Shown in pieces: positions 1-13,327 of a stretch of DNA of 64,000 nt. The first letter of the stretch is position 1. Each line of letters begins with the position of its first letter. The position numbers were made by a program, and so were the translations under genes. Under the pieces are notes generated by a model that did no database searches, had not been told where the DNA came from, and saw only the letters and a list, made by a program, of their open reading frames with translations. The stretch spans positions 261,206,001-261,270,000 of the forward strand of contig OZ024740.1 of assembly GCA_964016885.1 (NCBI GenBank), in the 5' to 3' direction. Source of the stretch: Eledone cirrhosa. Its lineage: Eukaryota.

Positions 1-89
1 ATGTCAAGATCGTAACGTCGAAGCTCCTTTGCAACAAGAGCGGTCCTTCGTTCAGGACGCTCCAAGGAATCCCTGTTAAGCAGCGTCCG
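1..89 (-). mobile_element. RTE/BovB-type LINE, N-terminal APE endonuclease fragment (runs off window)
   Basis: Reverse strand reads RTLLNRDSLERPERRTALVAKELRRYDLD, matching the RPERRTALVAxEL motif at the start of RTE/BovB endonucleases. Confidence 0.75.
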
Positions 90-127
90 TATATATAATA
101 TATATATATACATATATATATATTATA

Positions 128-197
128 TACAGGGTGTCCGTAAAAATGTATACACACTTTTATTAGAATGCTGTTGAAGTGTGTATACATTTTTATT
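128..197. mobile_element. Tc1/mariner-type MITE remnant
   Basis: TA-CAGGGTGTCC terminus followed by an internal inverted repeat (aaaaatgtatacacactt ... aagtgtgtatacattttt). Confidence 0.4.
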
Positions 198-1406
198 ATA
201 CATATACATATGTATTAATATTATGGTTATAATAATATTAACTAGTTTAGTTAAATTCATTTACCCGTTGATTTAGAGCTCAATGTAGTGGAGGTCATGC
301 AGAGCTGTTATATATTAATTTCAGAAACACTGAAGATTCAAAGCGTTATCAAACAAGCAAATGTTTCTGCCAGCATAGAATTTCAACCACTGGGTTATAA
401 TTTTATAATTTAACCCCCAGTTTTCAATTTGGGACTGGTGTCATCAGAGTTTATTAAAGGCTTCCTTAATATTTCACACGTAATAACAATGCATTACATT
501 AAAACACTCATAATGGTAACAATTACAGAATGCAAAAGTTGCAGAAGTTTCAAAAATTTCAAGAAAATAAAACAAAAACAGTTCGAGAATGGCAATGATG
601 AAGAGATGCCTACGTTTGTGAGTTAGAGAGAATTTTATTTTGAGTTACAATTTCAGATAATCTTATTTCAAAATAAGATTATCTCAAATTGCAACATTAG
701 GAGAAGATTCAGTGTTACTCATCTCATAAAAAGTAGACTGCTCTAAAAGATGCTGCCCAGCACACTGCAGCATCTCTTGGCAAGATGCCATGGAAACTGG
801 CAGCACAGCAAAGCTGAGACAGGTATCTGTTGCAGGTACTATTTGCCCATAAGCTGGGGTATGGATTGGTATTAAGCCAGGGCATATCCATACTGTGAAG
901 GGCCATGCGCCAAATACCTTCTGTAGGGTTGCTACTCCTCCTTAGTCAAAGTCTCATTAATTGTATTACCTTCATGGACAACACATCCCAAAGGGGACCA
1001 AGCATGACAAGTAAAAAACAAGTTAAAAGATAAAAAGAATGAAAAATGAAAAATATTTAATGTTTAATGTTTTTATAAAAGTATATAGAGATAGAAGACA
1101 CGTGCACACACATACGCACTATTTGGGTGGCCGTTGATGTGTGTATATACAGTTGCGATCAAAATAAGAGAACAATAAATTAACTTTTCATTATTTTTCT
1201 TATTTGACAACATTTTTCCTTTAAAATTTGAAAGAACATTTGCAGTATATGTAGGTCTTGTGCTAAAATATCTTCGAAATAATCAAGGATATAAAAAAAT
1301 AATGATATACCTTTAATTTTAAAAAAATGCAAAGATATATCTGACAACATTACTCAACAGGGTCAAGTTACCAGTATGTTCCGTTTTCCTATCAACTCTC
1401 GCAAGA

Positions 1407-2290
1407 TGTTGATTCATTCAAAGGTAACTGAAGCTCTCCAACGTAAAGTAGTTTAGATGAAGGGTGGTGGACTCTCTCTCTTGACCATTGAAAGGGAAGT
1501 TAGCCATTCTAAAAGTGTTATAGTGAGGATATTGAAATTGCATAATGAAACCAACTCATTCACGTCTATGAAGAAGACCGGCTGTCCACGTAAAACAAGC
1601 CAACGAGTGGACCACATGATCCCCAGAATGTCTATGGGGAACTGCTTCAACACTGCAGCTGGAATATCATGACAAATCAGTGCTAATTTTGACAAGGAAG
1701 TGTCTCTCGTTGTCTGGCAGAAGTCGGATTGAAAGTCCACTCTCCAGCAATCAAACCTCTTATCAGCAATAAAAATAAAATTGCTAGACTTGCCTTTGCT
1801 GAGAAGCATGTTGTATGGAGTGAAAGAAAACTGGTCCAAAGTTCATTTTAGGGATGAAAGCAAGTTTAATTTAGTTGGTTCAGATGGTAACCAATATGTA
1901 AGATGTAAAACTGGGAAAAGACTTCTTTCTAAGTATGTCAAAAAGTGTAAAATTCGAAGGAGGCAGTGTCATAGTTTGGGGAATGTTCTCACCATCTGGA
2001 GTGGGGCCTCCCATACACTTAAATGGTACTGTTAATGCTAATGTGTACCAGCACCTCCTTCAGCACCATCTCTTTCTCTCTTTACGGACTTCTCACAATT
2101 AACCAGCCATTTTTATGTAAGATGATGCTCCGTGCCACACTAAAAAATGAGTGAAAAAATTTCTCGAAGATGAGGAAACAGAAGTTTTGAAATGGTCAGC
2201 CCAGAGTCTGAACTTAAATCTAATTGAGAACTTTTGAAAGATCATAGGGGACGACATCATGGCGAAAAAAATAGCTACAAGTACTGAATG
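1407..2290 (+). pseudogene. Tc1 DD34E transposase, frameshifted with stops
   Basis: Motifs GCPRKTS (GRPR-like), WSKVHFRDESKFNLVGSDG, FM*DDAPCHT and WSAQSLNLNLIENF spread across frames. Confidence 0.85.
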
Positions 2291-2332
2291 TGCAATACAT
2301 ACTTTTATTCACAGTCGTATAAAAAGAAATAT

Positions 2333-2511
2333 AATAATTGTTTCTACTTTTGGCACAAGGCCAGCAATTATCCCAGTGTATTACTGGTACTTTATTTTAT
2401 CGAGCCCATAAGGATGAAAGGCAAAGTTAACCTCGGCGGGATTTGAACTCAGACCATAAAGGGACATAACTCTGGCGTCCGACCCTCTACCGATACTGCC
2501 AATCCACCACC
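2333..2511 (-). mobile_element. SINE family A (tRNA head, Nin/Deu-like core)
   Basis: A-box TGGCAGTATCGG, B-box GAGTTCAAATCCC, core CTTTGCCTTTCATCCTTA..GGG.TCGATAAAATAAAGTACCAG and a (TAT)n tail. More than 15 copies in the window. Confidence 0.85.
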
Positions 2512-4265
2512 TTAAGAAATATAATAAAAAGAAATATAATAATATAATGCTTATAGAACAAAAACACAAACAAATATAATATCTGCAAAGGAAAGGCAAA
2601 GAAAAAACAAAAAAGAAAGAGGAAAAGAAAGAGAAAAAACATAAGCAGATGGTACACAGATCTAGGACCACATACAACAAAAGGCAGGTGAAAGCGATGG
2701 ACAACCAAGCCGCTACCAGAGCAAATGATAACAGTATTGCGAGGAGCATTGGGAAACCTCTCTAATAATTTTTGAGGCAAGCCAGCACGCTTGCAGCATA
2801 ACCTTGGGTGATGGCGAGGCTGATGCACTGGAACAACCAAGCGCCCTCACAAGCTTCACCAGTCACCTCTGTTAGGCGAGCCACCAGTGAAGATAAGAAC
2901 CTTGCTGTCAGTAGCATGACTTCCCCAAACATCTCGAACGCCACAGGCTGGAAAATGTAGTTAGACGACAGATCGCAGTATTTTAGGATTTTGTTCCGTT
3001 CAGCTGCAGAAGCTGTGGCTCTCGCCCTTACCATTGCCTCCAGGATGTAGGAAGAAGCAAAACAGTCACTAACTGTGATGTCCCAGATAAGGCACCTGCC
3101 TCTTGACCAGGGGCACAGAATAAGACGGTTCCAAAATTGAGGGAATGTTTGCCTAGACCAAAGCTCTCTTGAAAATGAGGCTTAGCTCCATGTGGCATGC
3201 AAAGCAATTGCCATTCAGGCAGCAAGAAAGACCTTGGAGGCCTGTGGAGTCGAGGAGTTTGCCACATCAACACCTCAGACCTGTACAGACGTCAGCTCCG
3301 ACTCTGAGGGCAATGGAGACATGAAGCCCGTCTAAGCTGAGTAGGCCACCAACATTAGCGATGGGTAGGGCATCAACCGAGTCACCTGCGTATTTGGCAC
3401 TGGCAGACAATAAGCAGCACCTTGAGAAATGATCTTACTGGTGAAAGGTGGCCCTCGAACTTATGCTGTCCCAAGCTCTCTGACTTTGTCTGTCCTTTAT
3501 CTTGTCAGGAACAGACAAGCCCAACTCACTCCATGGTAGGAGAGCTTCATCTAACTTCCTGTTGGAACTAGTTCATGTTGGAGAGGAGAGGATGTTGCTC
3601 ACCATGGTGGAGCAAGCATGGGTGGAGGAAAGGAAGCAAGAGAGAGAGAGGGATAAACATTTTTGAAGACCAAGGCCCCCAAATCGCTTGGGTAACATAG
3701 CCTGATCATAGGGCTCTGGAGAGAGCCTGACATTGACCAAGCACATGAGTCTCTCGAAGATTAGGTCATCAAAGCATTGGAGGCATGATGAAAATGTGCG
3801 AGATGAGCTGACTCTGAGCATATATAGAAGCTTAGGAATCGAAAGGTAGTTTCTGAATATGAAAAAAACCTTGATGGGGTTCGATTGACTCAATATTCTT
3901 CAACAATTGCTCAAGGCCAACTATCTTCAACTGGAAGATTGACTTGAAGGCAAGGTTTGTAACTGGGGCTCTAAGGAGCACCAAGCTGGCGGGGGAGGGA
4001 CCGCAATGGAAGGGAAGGACTCTGCAAACAGGTCAATTGTCTATTGATGTTGAAAAGCCAGATGGTTGAATATCCAGAGATCACAATTGGAACCATTGAC
4101 TTGGAGATCCTTATGACCAAGTTCGTCAATCATTTTGTTAACAGTGGCGAGAACCTTATCTGGAGGTACCCCCAAACAAGCGTCATCAAGATACTGAATT
4201 ATAGAAGAAACTGGAGAAAGAGTGGAATAATATGACTCCAAAATTGTGCAATACGATGGTGATTT
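2512..4265 (-). mobile_element. CRE-like (RLE-endonuclease) non-LTR retrotransposon, decayed
   Basis: YLDDACLG (RT), LSIPKLLYMLR, LPKRFGGLGL, then C-terminal FQPVAFEMFG...WLFQCISLAITQGYAASVL typical of CRE-type RLE domains. T-rich 3' UTR. Confidence 0.8.
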
Positions 4266-4622
4266 CATGTGGATGCAGATGTGCCGAAGTTATCCAAAAC
4301 AAGGGCCTCTACACTTCCTATTAATGTTTGAGAATGCATAAACCCTAGTTTGTAGACCAAATCTCATGTTTAATTGTGTTTTCATAAAGATTATATTTCC
4401 GTACTCTTATTTTGATCACTGTATTTTTTCAAAATTAAAGGTATATCAGTAATATCTTGTTTATACCCTTGATTATTTAGAAAATATTTTAGCACAAGAC
4501 AGATATATATATATACTACAAATATTCTTTCAAATTTTAAAGGAAAAATTTTGTCAAATAAGAAAAATAATGAAAAATTAATTTATCGTTCTATTATTTT
4601 GCTCGCAACTGTGTATATATAT

Positions 4623-4966
4623 ATGAGTGTATATGAATTTTCATAGGGTAGCTGTAAACAGCTTGATACTATTCTTTCTCCATCGTTTTTATTCCTTTTT
4701 CGTAATCCTCCATAAGTTCTGTTCCATCGATCTCATTCCCGCTTTTCTCCTCTCCTCTTCACTTCTCTCTACCTGTACTCCTCTCATTATTCATCTCATG
4801 CTTTAGACTCTTTCTTTCTTTCTCTCCTATTTTCTGTTCGATATGAGGTTATATCATAACCTCATACCTATATATATATAGTATCTATACATATAGTATT
4901 CAGCTGTTTACAGCTACCCTTTGCACTGAGAATACTACAATTTTATGAAAATTCATATACACTCAT
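4623..4966. repeat. Diverged inverted-repeat cassette between (TA)n tracts
   Basis: atgagtgtatatgaattttcat/agggtagctgtaaacagc at 4623-4662 recurs in reverse complement at 4900-4966. Internal hairpin tatgaggttatatcataacctcata. Confidence 0.6.
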
Positions 4967-5061
4967 CGCTTCAAACCTTTTCAATTAATGTTTACATATA
5001 TATATAAAAAGAAGTAAACAGAGAACAAAAAACAGAAAAACGAAGAGGCGGTACAAATGTT

Positions 5062-5250
5062 GTGGACTGGCAGTATCGGTAGAGGGTCGGACGCCATGCT
5101 TTGACGCATAGAGTTACGGCCCTTGCCATTCTGAGTTCAAATCCCGCCGAGGTTAACTTTGCCTTTCATCCTTATGGGGTCGATAAAATAAAGTACCAGT
5201 AATGCACTGGGTAACTGCTGGCCTTGTGCCAAAAGTAGAAACAATTATTA
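5062..5250 (+). mobile_element. SINE family A
   Basis: Full A-box, B-box, core and tail consensus. Confidence 0.85.
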
Positions 5251-5393
5251 TTAGTTTTATATATATATATATATAATATAATATTGCCCAAGCGATCTGG
5301 GGGTCTTGGTCTTCATAAATGTTTGTCCCTCTCTCTCCCTTGCTTCTTTCCCTCCACCCATTCTTGCTCCATCCTGGTGAGCAACATCCTCCC

Positions 5394-6165
5394 CTGATGG
5401 ACCAGGTTATGAAAGTAACAAAAAGAGTTATAGCACAGTTGATTAGGGACCGGGTAAAACTAAATGAGATGCTGTTTGGGTTTGTGCCAGGAAAAAGCAC
5501 CACTGATGCTCTTTTCCTTGTGAGGCAGTTACAGGAAAAGTACCTAGCTAAAAGTAAACCGTTATACCTGGCATTTGTCAATCTGAAAAAGCCTTCGACA
5601 GAGTACCCCCCGTGTTATAATCTGGTGGGCTCTTAGAAAACTAGGAGTAGATGAATGGCTTGTGAAAGCTGTACAAGCCATGTATAGGGGAGCAGTCAGC
5701 ACAGTTGGGATTAACAATGACTATATCGAGGAATTTAGCAAACAGGTTGGCGTCCACCAGGGCTCTGTTCTTAGCCCTCTCCTGTTATTATTGTACTACA
5801 AGTGATAACAGAGGAGTTTAAGACCAGCTACCCATGGGAACTTCTGTATACGGATGATCTTACACTTATAGCTGAATCTATGGCGGAACTAAAGAAGAAA
5901 TTCCAAACATGGACGCAGGGACTAGAAAGAAGGGGTCTCAAAGTCAACCTGTCAAAGACTAAGGTCCTCGTAAGTAGACGAGAAAACAGAACCCAGATCT
6001 CCTCAGAGAAATGGCCTTGCTCTGTATGTAGGAAAGGTGTAGGTAGGAATTCCATCCTCTGCCCCAAATTCAAACTATGGGTACACAAGAGGTGTAGTGG
6101 GATCTCAGGAAGCTTAGTTAGGAATGTAGGCTTTAAATGTAGCAGCTGCACCACTAAGCCATGAG
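5394..6165 (+). mobile_element. RTE LINE RT fragment with PHD-like finger
   Basis: FGFVPGKSTTDALF, LYLAFVNL, GVHQGSVLSP, ELLYTDDL, KWPCSVCRKGVG...WVHKRCSG...CSSC. Confidence 0.85.
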
Positions 6166-6518
6166 TAGTTTCAGGCAGGTTATAAAAAAATGAAAAGTTT
6201 GTTCATCGATGTATATATATAAATATAATTGTCTTCTTTGTAGCATTTGACTAATTTCTGGTCTAATAAGTGTTTGACAGAGATAATGTCATGAAACAAC
6301 ACAGTATATGTCATACACCTATAGTATGAGACTGTATATATATATATTATTAAAATGGATACAATTTAACCAAATACAAATTTCAAGAGCATATGCCATA
6401 TCAAATGTTAGACATGAGCAAGCAGATAACAAAGAGCGTAAGTGAATTAATGTATATATATATATCAATTTATTATTAGCACAGAGTAAAAGATTAAGCA
6501 AATAATTTCTGATTTTAC

Positions 6519-6603
6519 CCTGAGCGGGATCACCTGAAACTGAGAAATATCATTCTGTGGATGCAGAAGAAAATATTTCAAAAACATAATGAGCAAACAT
6601 TGC
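6519..6603 (-). CDS. Candidate host-gene internal exon (QCLLIMFLKYFLLHPQNDISQFQVIPLR)
   Basis: Pyrimidine tract plus AG, GT donor, only one open frame, and phase-compatible with the 9584-9640 candidate. Product unknown. Confidence 0.3.
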
Positions 6604-6995
6604 CTTTAGAAAATAGAAAGACATAACAGTAGCATGTGAGGAAGCTCTCTTCGGGTGAGTGAAATCTATCCAAGGAGAATTACATCATTAGGTGAAACGA
6701 GAAGAACAAATTTTTGCTATGAAAAATATCAGGGGACTAATATTTATTTTAGAATAGCCAAATAATTTCCAGCTGCCATATATGGAAAATGATATTAATA
6801 GTAATATGATTAAATATAAAGGTTTTTCTATTACTACCAATCTTTATAGAATGCCTTTCAAAAAAATTATATATACACATATCAATGATGATGGTATTTT
6901 TATCGTCTTCTTATTCACAAACCAATGCATTGTCCTCCTGTTTTCCTTCAGTTGTAACATTTTTTTTTTTAAATATTTACTTCTGCATCTACAGA

Positions 6996-7085
6996 TTGAT
7001 TTTTTCTCGGTTTCAGAAAATCCCGTAATAGGGTCAAAGCAGCAATTCTTTGCTTAAATTTTAATCTGTATTAATAATAAATAAA
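6996..7085 (+). mobile_element. Fragment of PLE terminal (pLTR) sequence
   Basis: gtttcagaaaatcccgtaatagggtcaaagcagcaattctttgcttaaa is homologous to 26093-26200, 32965-33050 and 51557-51706. Confidence 0.55.
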
Positions 7086-7309
7086 TAAATATATATGTGT
7101 GTGTGTGTATAAGGAATTTGTAGTTTACTTGAAGCATTTTATATTGTATAAGGAATTCGAAGTTTGAAAGCCACAACAGCGGATTGGATGGAAAATAATC
7201 AAGTCGTAAGATACAAGGGATGTTTTTTTTAACCTTAATTTATTCATGTGTCCTGATATTTTGAGATTAATATTTCTTCTTCCGAGGAAAATAAAGGAAC
7301 TATTGCAGT

Positions 7310-7861
7310 GTCCGATTTGGACACTAAGGATAGGATGGAAAATGTTTAGAGAGCTACTTCCACTGTTGACTACAAAAGAATTCTCCCAATGTACAAAGGG
7401 ATGACTGTATGATGCCTGTGTGCGAAGTGTGATGCTTCCTGGTAGTAAAACATGGGCTGTGACTGTAGAGTACATGCATAGGCTGGAGAGAAATGAAGCA
7501 ACCATGCTTCATTATTAGTGCAATGTGTGAGAGAAATGCAGACCTTGGGTGAGCTGAGGGAGCAGTTTAAGAGGAATCTGAGGTGGTGTTCAGGATAGAA
7601 GACTACATTGGTACAGTCATGTGATGTGCATGGATGATGATCAATGGGTGAAGAAGTGCCAGGAAATGACAGTGGATGGAAGCCACAGTAGAAGTAGACC
7701 AAGAAAGACTTGGGTAGAGGTTGTGAGAGCTTACCTCAAATTGCTGAAATTCATAAGTTGACAAATGAATGCAATGAGTGGAGAGATGCTGTGCTGAGAA
7801 AGATCCATCCAACCCATACAAGTGTGGAAAAATGGACGTTATAATGATGATGATGATGATG
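7310..7861 (+). mobile_element. RTE LINE 3' fragment, decayed
   Basis: GWKMFRELLPLLTTK...LYDACVRSVML, ending ggacgttataat(GAT)n. Confidence 0.75.
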
Positions 7862-7992
7862 AGACTAGTTTACTTAAGCAGCTAAATATTCGACACACTG
7901 AAGTTAAATGTCTGAGAAGCATTATAAAATTGTTAATTTTTCAGAATGTTAACCTTTGTTTTTTTGAAAATTATTGTAATATTTACATCTAC

Positions 7993-8190
7993 AGTATGTG
8001 GTTAGAATGTCTACGGAAATAATTGCTGGACAGATTTTACGGACAAAGCCAACCGATAGGAGACTCAGAGGAAGATGGTTAGATAACACCCATGAGCTCA
8101 GCTGGTCTTGCTTAAGGATCCAGTCAGATCAATTGGACACAGTTGCATCTGACAGGACCTGCTGGAAGGTGTGTTTGAGGACTCTGCCTC
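7993..8190 (+). mobile_element. RTE LINE 3' fragment (same family as 13640-14278)
   Basis: VVRMSTEIIAGQILRTKPT..RGRW is homologous to 14030-14230. Confidence 0.6.
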
Positions 8191-8295
8191 CACAAAACAG
8201 AACTCATAACCTTCCTAAAAACATCTAACCAAAAACGATTCTACATAATTGAAAAATATTTCTCCACAAAAAGTTTTTTATTATATTAATAATAG

Positions 8296-8613
8296 ACAAG
8301 TTGAGAGTGAAAATGTGTATAAGAGGGATAAACTGTAGTGTGCGGGAGAGAAGACTGCGTTGGCATGGACATGTGATGCGCATGGAGGATGACCCCTGGG
8401 TGAAGAAGTGTCAGGAAATCCCGGTGGAAGGAAGACGCAGTAGAGGAAAACCACAAAAAATCATGGGCAATGGTGGTGAGAGCTCACCTCGGATCGCTGA
8501 AGCTCACAGAGGAGATGACGAAGGAACGCGATGAATTGAGAGATGTTGCGTTGAAAAGGACCCGTCTCACCCTTGCAAGCAAGGAAAAGCGGATGTAAAA
8601 TGATGATGATGAT
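8296..8613 (+). mobile_element. RTE LINE 3' end
   Basis: RERRLRWHGHVMRMEDDPWVKKC; tail cccttgcaagcaaggaaaagcggatgtaaaat(GAT)n. Confidence 0.8.
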
Positions 8614-8734
8614 AATATATCATCCACTTTTTATTTATATATTTGTCTTTGTATTTTCAATAGAATTTTCAATCATCCTGATATCTATTTTTAGCTGTTT
8701 TTATTTATTTGTTATATTTTTGTTTTGGTATTTG

Positions 8735-8915
8735 CGGTCATACCCTTGGCAGTAGAGACTTCTGGTGTCTTTGGCCCTAGAGCTACCTCCCTACTCACCA
8801 CCATAGGCGCTGAGCTGGCCAGCCGCAGGTGTGAGCTTCACGAGTTGGAATGGCTCTTCCAGCGCATCTCGCTTACCATCCTCCGTGGTAACGCCTTCTC
8901 CATTCTCTCTGCCGG
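8735..8915 (+). mobile_element. CRE-like LINE RLE C-terminal fragment
   Basis: IPLAVETSGVFGP...WLFQRISLTILRGNAFSIL. Confidence 0.7.
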
Positions 8916-9306
8916 GGCTGTGGGGAGGCCAGCACATGGGACCCAATTTGCTCACCATACGGAGAGATGGGGAGAGCGAGAGAGATAGAGGTGATGACAG
9001 TGGGAGTTCGGCTGTTCTTTCATGTCTTCTTAGGTTACAAGTGCATTGTGATAAGAAACAATAGGGTATAAAATTCTAAAGTATGAACTTGTCTATGTTG
9101 AACTCTTGATACAATGGAATCCACACCTAAATACACCCACAAAGTTCAAAACCAAATGCCATCTGGACTTTTATTCTGAATGTAAAAGTAACGTTTTATC
9201 TAAATAAATAGAATTTTCTAATAAATCAATTGAATGTCCTCTTTCATAAAGTATATATATATAAGAAGAGATTTGAGAGTAAATTCACATATGTTTTAAC
9301 TCACAA

Positions 9307-9394
9307 CAGATTATGAAAACAAACCTTTTGAATATTTTATAAGATTGTTACAGACTATGAAAACAAACCTTTTGAATATTTTATAAGATTGTTA
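9307..9394. repeat. Tandem duplication of a ~43 bp unit
   Basis: acaga(t/c)tatgaaaacaaaccttttgaatattttataagattgtt occurs twice in tandem. Confidence 0.85.
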
Positions 9395-9583
9395 TAAATT
9401 TATTTAATGTAACAAATATAAAAGTATTTATTCTGTCAGATTAAAGAAAAAAATAATTTTACAATATTATATACAAATGTATTAGCAGAAAATGCACACA
9501 GTTACATAACTTGTACAAACAAATGCATCATTACCTCATCAGTCTCCTTGCTAGCAGTGCAGTCTCATGTATTTAGGTCTTAC

Positions 9584-9640
9584 TGCACTTGTGATGCCAG
9601 TTTGTGTAACAGATCAGAGCCCACACTATTGGTGTGATGC
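9584..9640 (-). CDS. Candidate host-gene internal exon (HHTNSVGSDLLHKLASQV)
   Basis: Long pyrimidine tract ending CAG, GTAAGA donor, 57 nt, phase 2-2. Compatible with both neighbouring candidates. Confidence 0.35.
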
Positions 9641-9942
9641 CTGTGAGATGATAACAAAACAAAGAATAGACAGGAGAATTTACATGTGTCTTTTGACCAA
9701 ATAAGATAAATACGTGAAAAATTACAACTAGAATTAAATGGACAAGAGATTGCGCATGTAAATGTGCAACACAAGACAGAATTTTTGTCCATAAAATGAG
9801 GCGAAGTATGGAGCAATGAAATTATTGTTACTTACCAATGCTATTGACCGAAATAAGGAAGAGAACAAAAGGGTAATAAAGAAAGTAAGGGTTAAGCAAG
9901 TAAAAACATATAGTTTATCAAAATAGATGCTTGTTAGTGTGG

Positions 9943-9989
<47 letters not shown>

Positions 9990-11875
9990 TATATATTGTT
10001 ATACTTTGGAAGGGTCATGTTGCCAATAAGAAACACACGCACCACCAATTCCTTTCACTCCAATTTATTATAAATAAAAATTTTTTTTTTTTTTTTTTCA
10101 AAAAAATTTATAAATTTCCGGTTGGTTGGTTGGTTAGTTCCACAACCGGACGGTTGTTCATATATTGTCAAAGTTCTTTCGTCACACATTCTGTGACCTC
10201 TTCAGTGACTGGGGATTCTTTTCTTTGTTTTGTGCCTCTCCTTTGTTCTGTCCTACGCCATCTTGTTTTTGTGTGTGTTGTGTGCTTAGTTTGCGCATGT
10301 GTTACATCCGGGTGTCTGTGTGTGTTTTTATTTGTTTATTTATTTGTTTATTTACATGTTACTGGTTGGTTGTTTGTTCTATGTGTGTGTGTTTTCATTT
10401 TGTCCTTAATTGTTCATTTATGTTTATTGCCTCGTTAGACATTGTCTAATAAACATTGCGCCTTTTCTGTGTAGATATTATTTTTATTTCTATGTTCTCT
10501 AATTTGCCCTTATGTTCTATTTTAGCATGTTTGTGGAGTATTGATGATTTTTTCCTATCTTGAAGCTCTCGCCAGTGTTCATTTAACCGTTCTCCTATAC
10601 TACGAGCTGTCTCACCTATGTACACTATATGCTTATCTTTACATTGTCCTTCAGTACATCTTATGCTATATACTATGTTTCTAGTTTTACAGTTAATATG
10701 GGGGCTTAGTTTACAGATTATGCATTTCTTATCTATACAGGGAGGTCTTTGAAAAGGGTATGTATTACTAATAAGTGTTTTTATGGAGGTACCTGGTCTT
10801 TCTAGTATCTTAATATTAAGTTTAAGTTTATCTAGGGCCCTTCTAAATTTGTAAGCTAATTCACCTCTAGGGGTTGTATTGATGAACATTACACTCTGGT
10901 ATTTATTGCTATCATACCATGAGTTTATTCTATTAACCTTATTCTTAGTTCTTTCTATTCTATTCCAAAATTTGCTCCTATACAAGGGGCAGGTCCCATT
11001 TGTATCATTATTTACCATTTTTTCCCATTTGGTTCTGGCTCCTCTATATACTCTGATTTTATCTCTCTGATTGTAACCAGAGAACTGCATACGGTGGATG
11101 AAGTATTGTATGTGTCGCTCTAGTTCTTTGGGGTTGCACATGTGGGACACGTTTCTCACCACCCGTACCAAATCCGCAATCAGTATGTTGATTTTGGTGT
11201 GATCTGAAACAGCTGAGTTTCGGTGGATCAGATATTTGGAAGTCATGGGTTTGGCATAATGGGAGTGGAAGATTTATTAATGGTTTCTAACTAGAGCTCT
11301 GTGTCTAGTACAGGTAATCGATTGTTGGGGTGTTTGCTTGGGTAGTCTATAGTAACTCTAATACTCTGGTGGATGGAGTTAGCTATTTTCTGGATGCTTT
11401 CTATGGTGTTTTTCTCTAATTCCTGACTGTTCTCTAGTGGGGGTGTTTTTACTACGATGTTTATATCATCAACGTAGCAAGAGTACATTATCAAGGTTAA
11501 GAGGTTGCTGTCTTCTAATTGTTCTTTAAGTTTATTGTCCCACCATACCATGAATAGGTTAGCTATGTCACCTGATATGTCAATGGCTGCTCCCTCCTCT
11601 TGGGCATATGTTTTTCCATTAAATTTGAGCATATGTTCCTTAAGGGTTAGTTTTATACTGGCCCCCACCGCATGTGCAATCATTTTCTTTAATTCATCGT
11701 GGTTTTCGAGGGTCCGTATGGCACTGGTCCACCCGTTCCATCTTTCTGTGTGGGTTTTCTTGGCCATTGAGGTAATGGTAGGTGATCTGCCTCTTGGTGG
11801 TCTTGTGGGTCAGAGTTTGCTAAGCAACCTTTGCTTAGCAGATTATTGCCCAATCTTTTCAACGTTTTGATTTTC
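9990..11875 (-). mobile_element. Penelope-like element (RT + C-terminal GIY-YIG), 5'-truncated and decayed
   Basis: GDIANLFMVWWD, YSCYVDD, LPVLDTEL, C..C..C..C then NIVYSIRC...VYIGETARSIGERLNEH. The terminal region abuts (TA)n. Confidence 0.9.
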
Positions 11876-11987
11876 TGAGTAAAATTCTTTCAAAATGAAT
11901 GCAATTCAAAGTATCTGATTTCAAAGAAATGTTTTCGAAGATACGTCCGTAAATTTATACATATATATACATATATATACATATATA

Positions 11988-12030
<43 letters not shown>

Positions 12031-12181
12031 ACATCTATATATATATGGTAGTTGAAGTGGTGGTGGAGATGGTGGTGGAAGGTGAAATTTGAAACTTTTA
12101 AAAGAATTAAATCCTGAAATATGCAATACATTAAATTATTTATGTTTAATCATGTGTTACAAAATTTAGTAGATAAATTAT

Positions 12182-12370
12182 ATAATTGTTTCTACTTTAG
12201 GCACAAGGCCAGCAAATTACCCAGTGCATTACTGGTACTTTATTTTATCGACCCCGTAAGGATGAAAGGCAAAGTCAACCTCGGCGGGATTTGAACTCAG
12301 ATCATAAAGGGACGTAACTATGCTGGAAAGCATGGCGTCCGACCCTCTACCGATACTGCCAATCCACCAC
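12182..12370 (-). mobile_element. SINE family A
   Basis: Full consensus, reverse strand. Confidence 0.85.
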
Positions 12371-12403
12371 CCATAAATTATATAATAACATGGGTTAGAC
12401 GAA

Positions 12404-12600
<197 letters not shown>

Positions 12601-12697
12601 AAGTTCGTCTGTGGCCGTAGTGGTAGGTGTGGAGGCAGTAGAGGGGCTGGTCTGGGGTTCAATCTCAGTCACGAATCTCTCGAAAAATTTTATTTTG

Positions 12698-13045
12698 TGG
12701 AGGCACATGGCTTTGTGGTTAGAGCATTGGTCTTGCAATCGAAAGGTTGTGAGTTCAATTCTCAGACCGGGTGATGTGTTGTTTCCTTGAGCAAGTCACT
12801 TTATTTCACATTGCTCCAGTTTACTCAGCTGTAGAAATGAGATGCTAGGGACTGAGGTCCCTATCATTCCACTGCAAAGTGGTTGTGGAGGTGCCACGGC
12901 AAAAAAGACCCCAGCACTTACTGTAAATGAGGTTGGTGTTAGGAAGGGCATCCAGCTGTAGAAATCAAGCCAGTATCATTTTCCGTCCCACCCTTGCAAG
13001 CAGGGAAAAAGCGGACGTAAAATGAAATGATGATGAATGATGATA
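12698..13045 (+). mobile_element. SINE family B (tRNA head, V-like and Meta-like core, RTE tail)
   Basis: TGGCTTTGTGG A-box, GAGTTCAATTCTC B-box, tccttgagcaag.cactt, ttggtgttaggaagggcatccagctgtagaa, and RTE-type tail gcggacgtaaaatg(ATG)n. Confidence 0.8.
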
Positions 13046-13059
13046 TATAAGGCAGATAA

Positions 13060-13167
13060 GACACCTGCCAGGGGCACAGGGTAAGACCATCATGTCTTTT
13101 CCCATCAATTCTAGACAACCCAGACAGTTCCAAAATTGAGGGGATATTTGCCCGGGCCAAAGCTGTT
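13060..13167 (-). mobile_element. CRE-like LINE RLE fragment
   Basis: ALARANIPSILELSGLSRIDGKRHDGLTLCPW (DGKRPDG-like motif). Confidence 0.7.
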
Positions 13168-13274
13168 AAGTGGTAATAGGACAGTGTGTGTATGTGCACA
13201 CGCGTGAGTTTGTCGGGATTCTTAAATTAGAGACGCGTGTGTGTATGTGTGTGTCATATATATGTGTGTATCAC

Positions 13275-13324
<50 letters not shown>

Positions 13325-13327
<3 letters not shown>

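Larger units (their letters stand above)
1150..4611 (+). mobile_element. Tc1-family DNA transposon with long TIRs, interrupted by a SINE and a CRE-like LINE
   Basis: TA-CAGTTGCGATCAAAATAAGAGAAC at 1150 is mirrored by ...TTATTTTGCTCGCAACTG ending at 4611. About 180 bp of imperfect inverted repeat (1150-1330 vs 4420-4611), plus an inner repeat of the end motif near 4400-4423. Confidence 0.85.

Noticed and set aside
270-1000. Exon-like ORFs (429-626, 724-906) on both strands
   Set aside because: Several conflicting splice and frame options and no motif; could not be linked to the other exon candidates.
5062-5150. tRNA genes suggested by A and B boxes
   Set aside because: These are SINE heads followed by shared core and tail; no complete cloverleaf.
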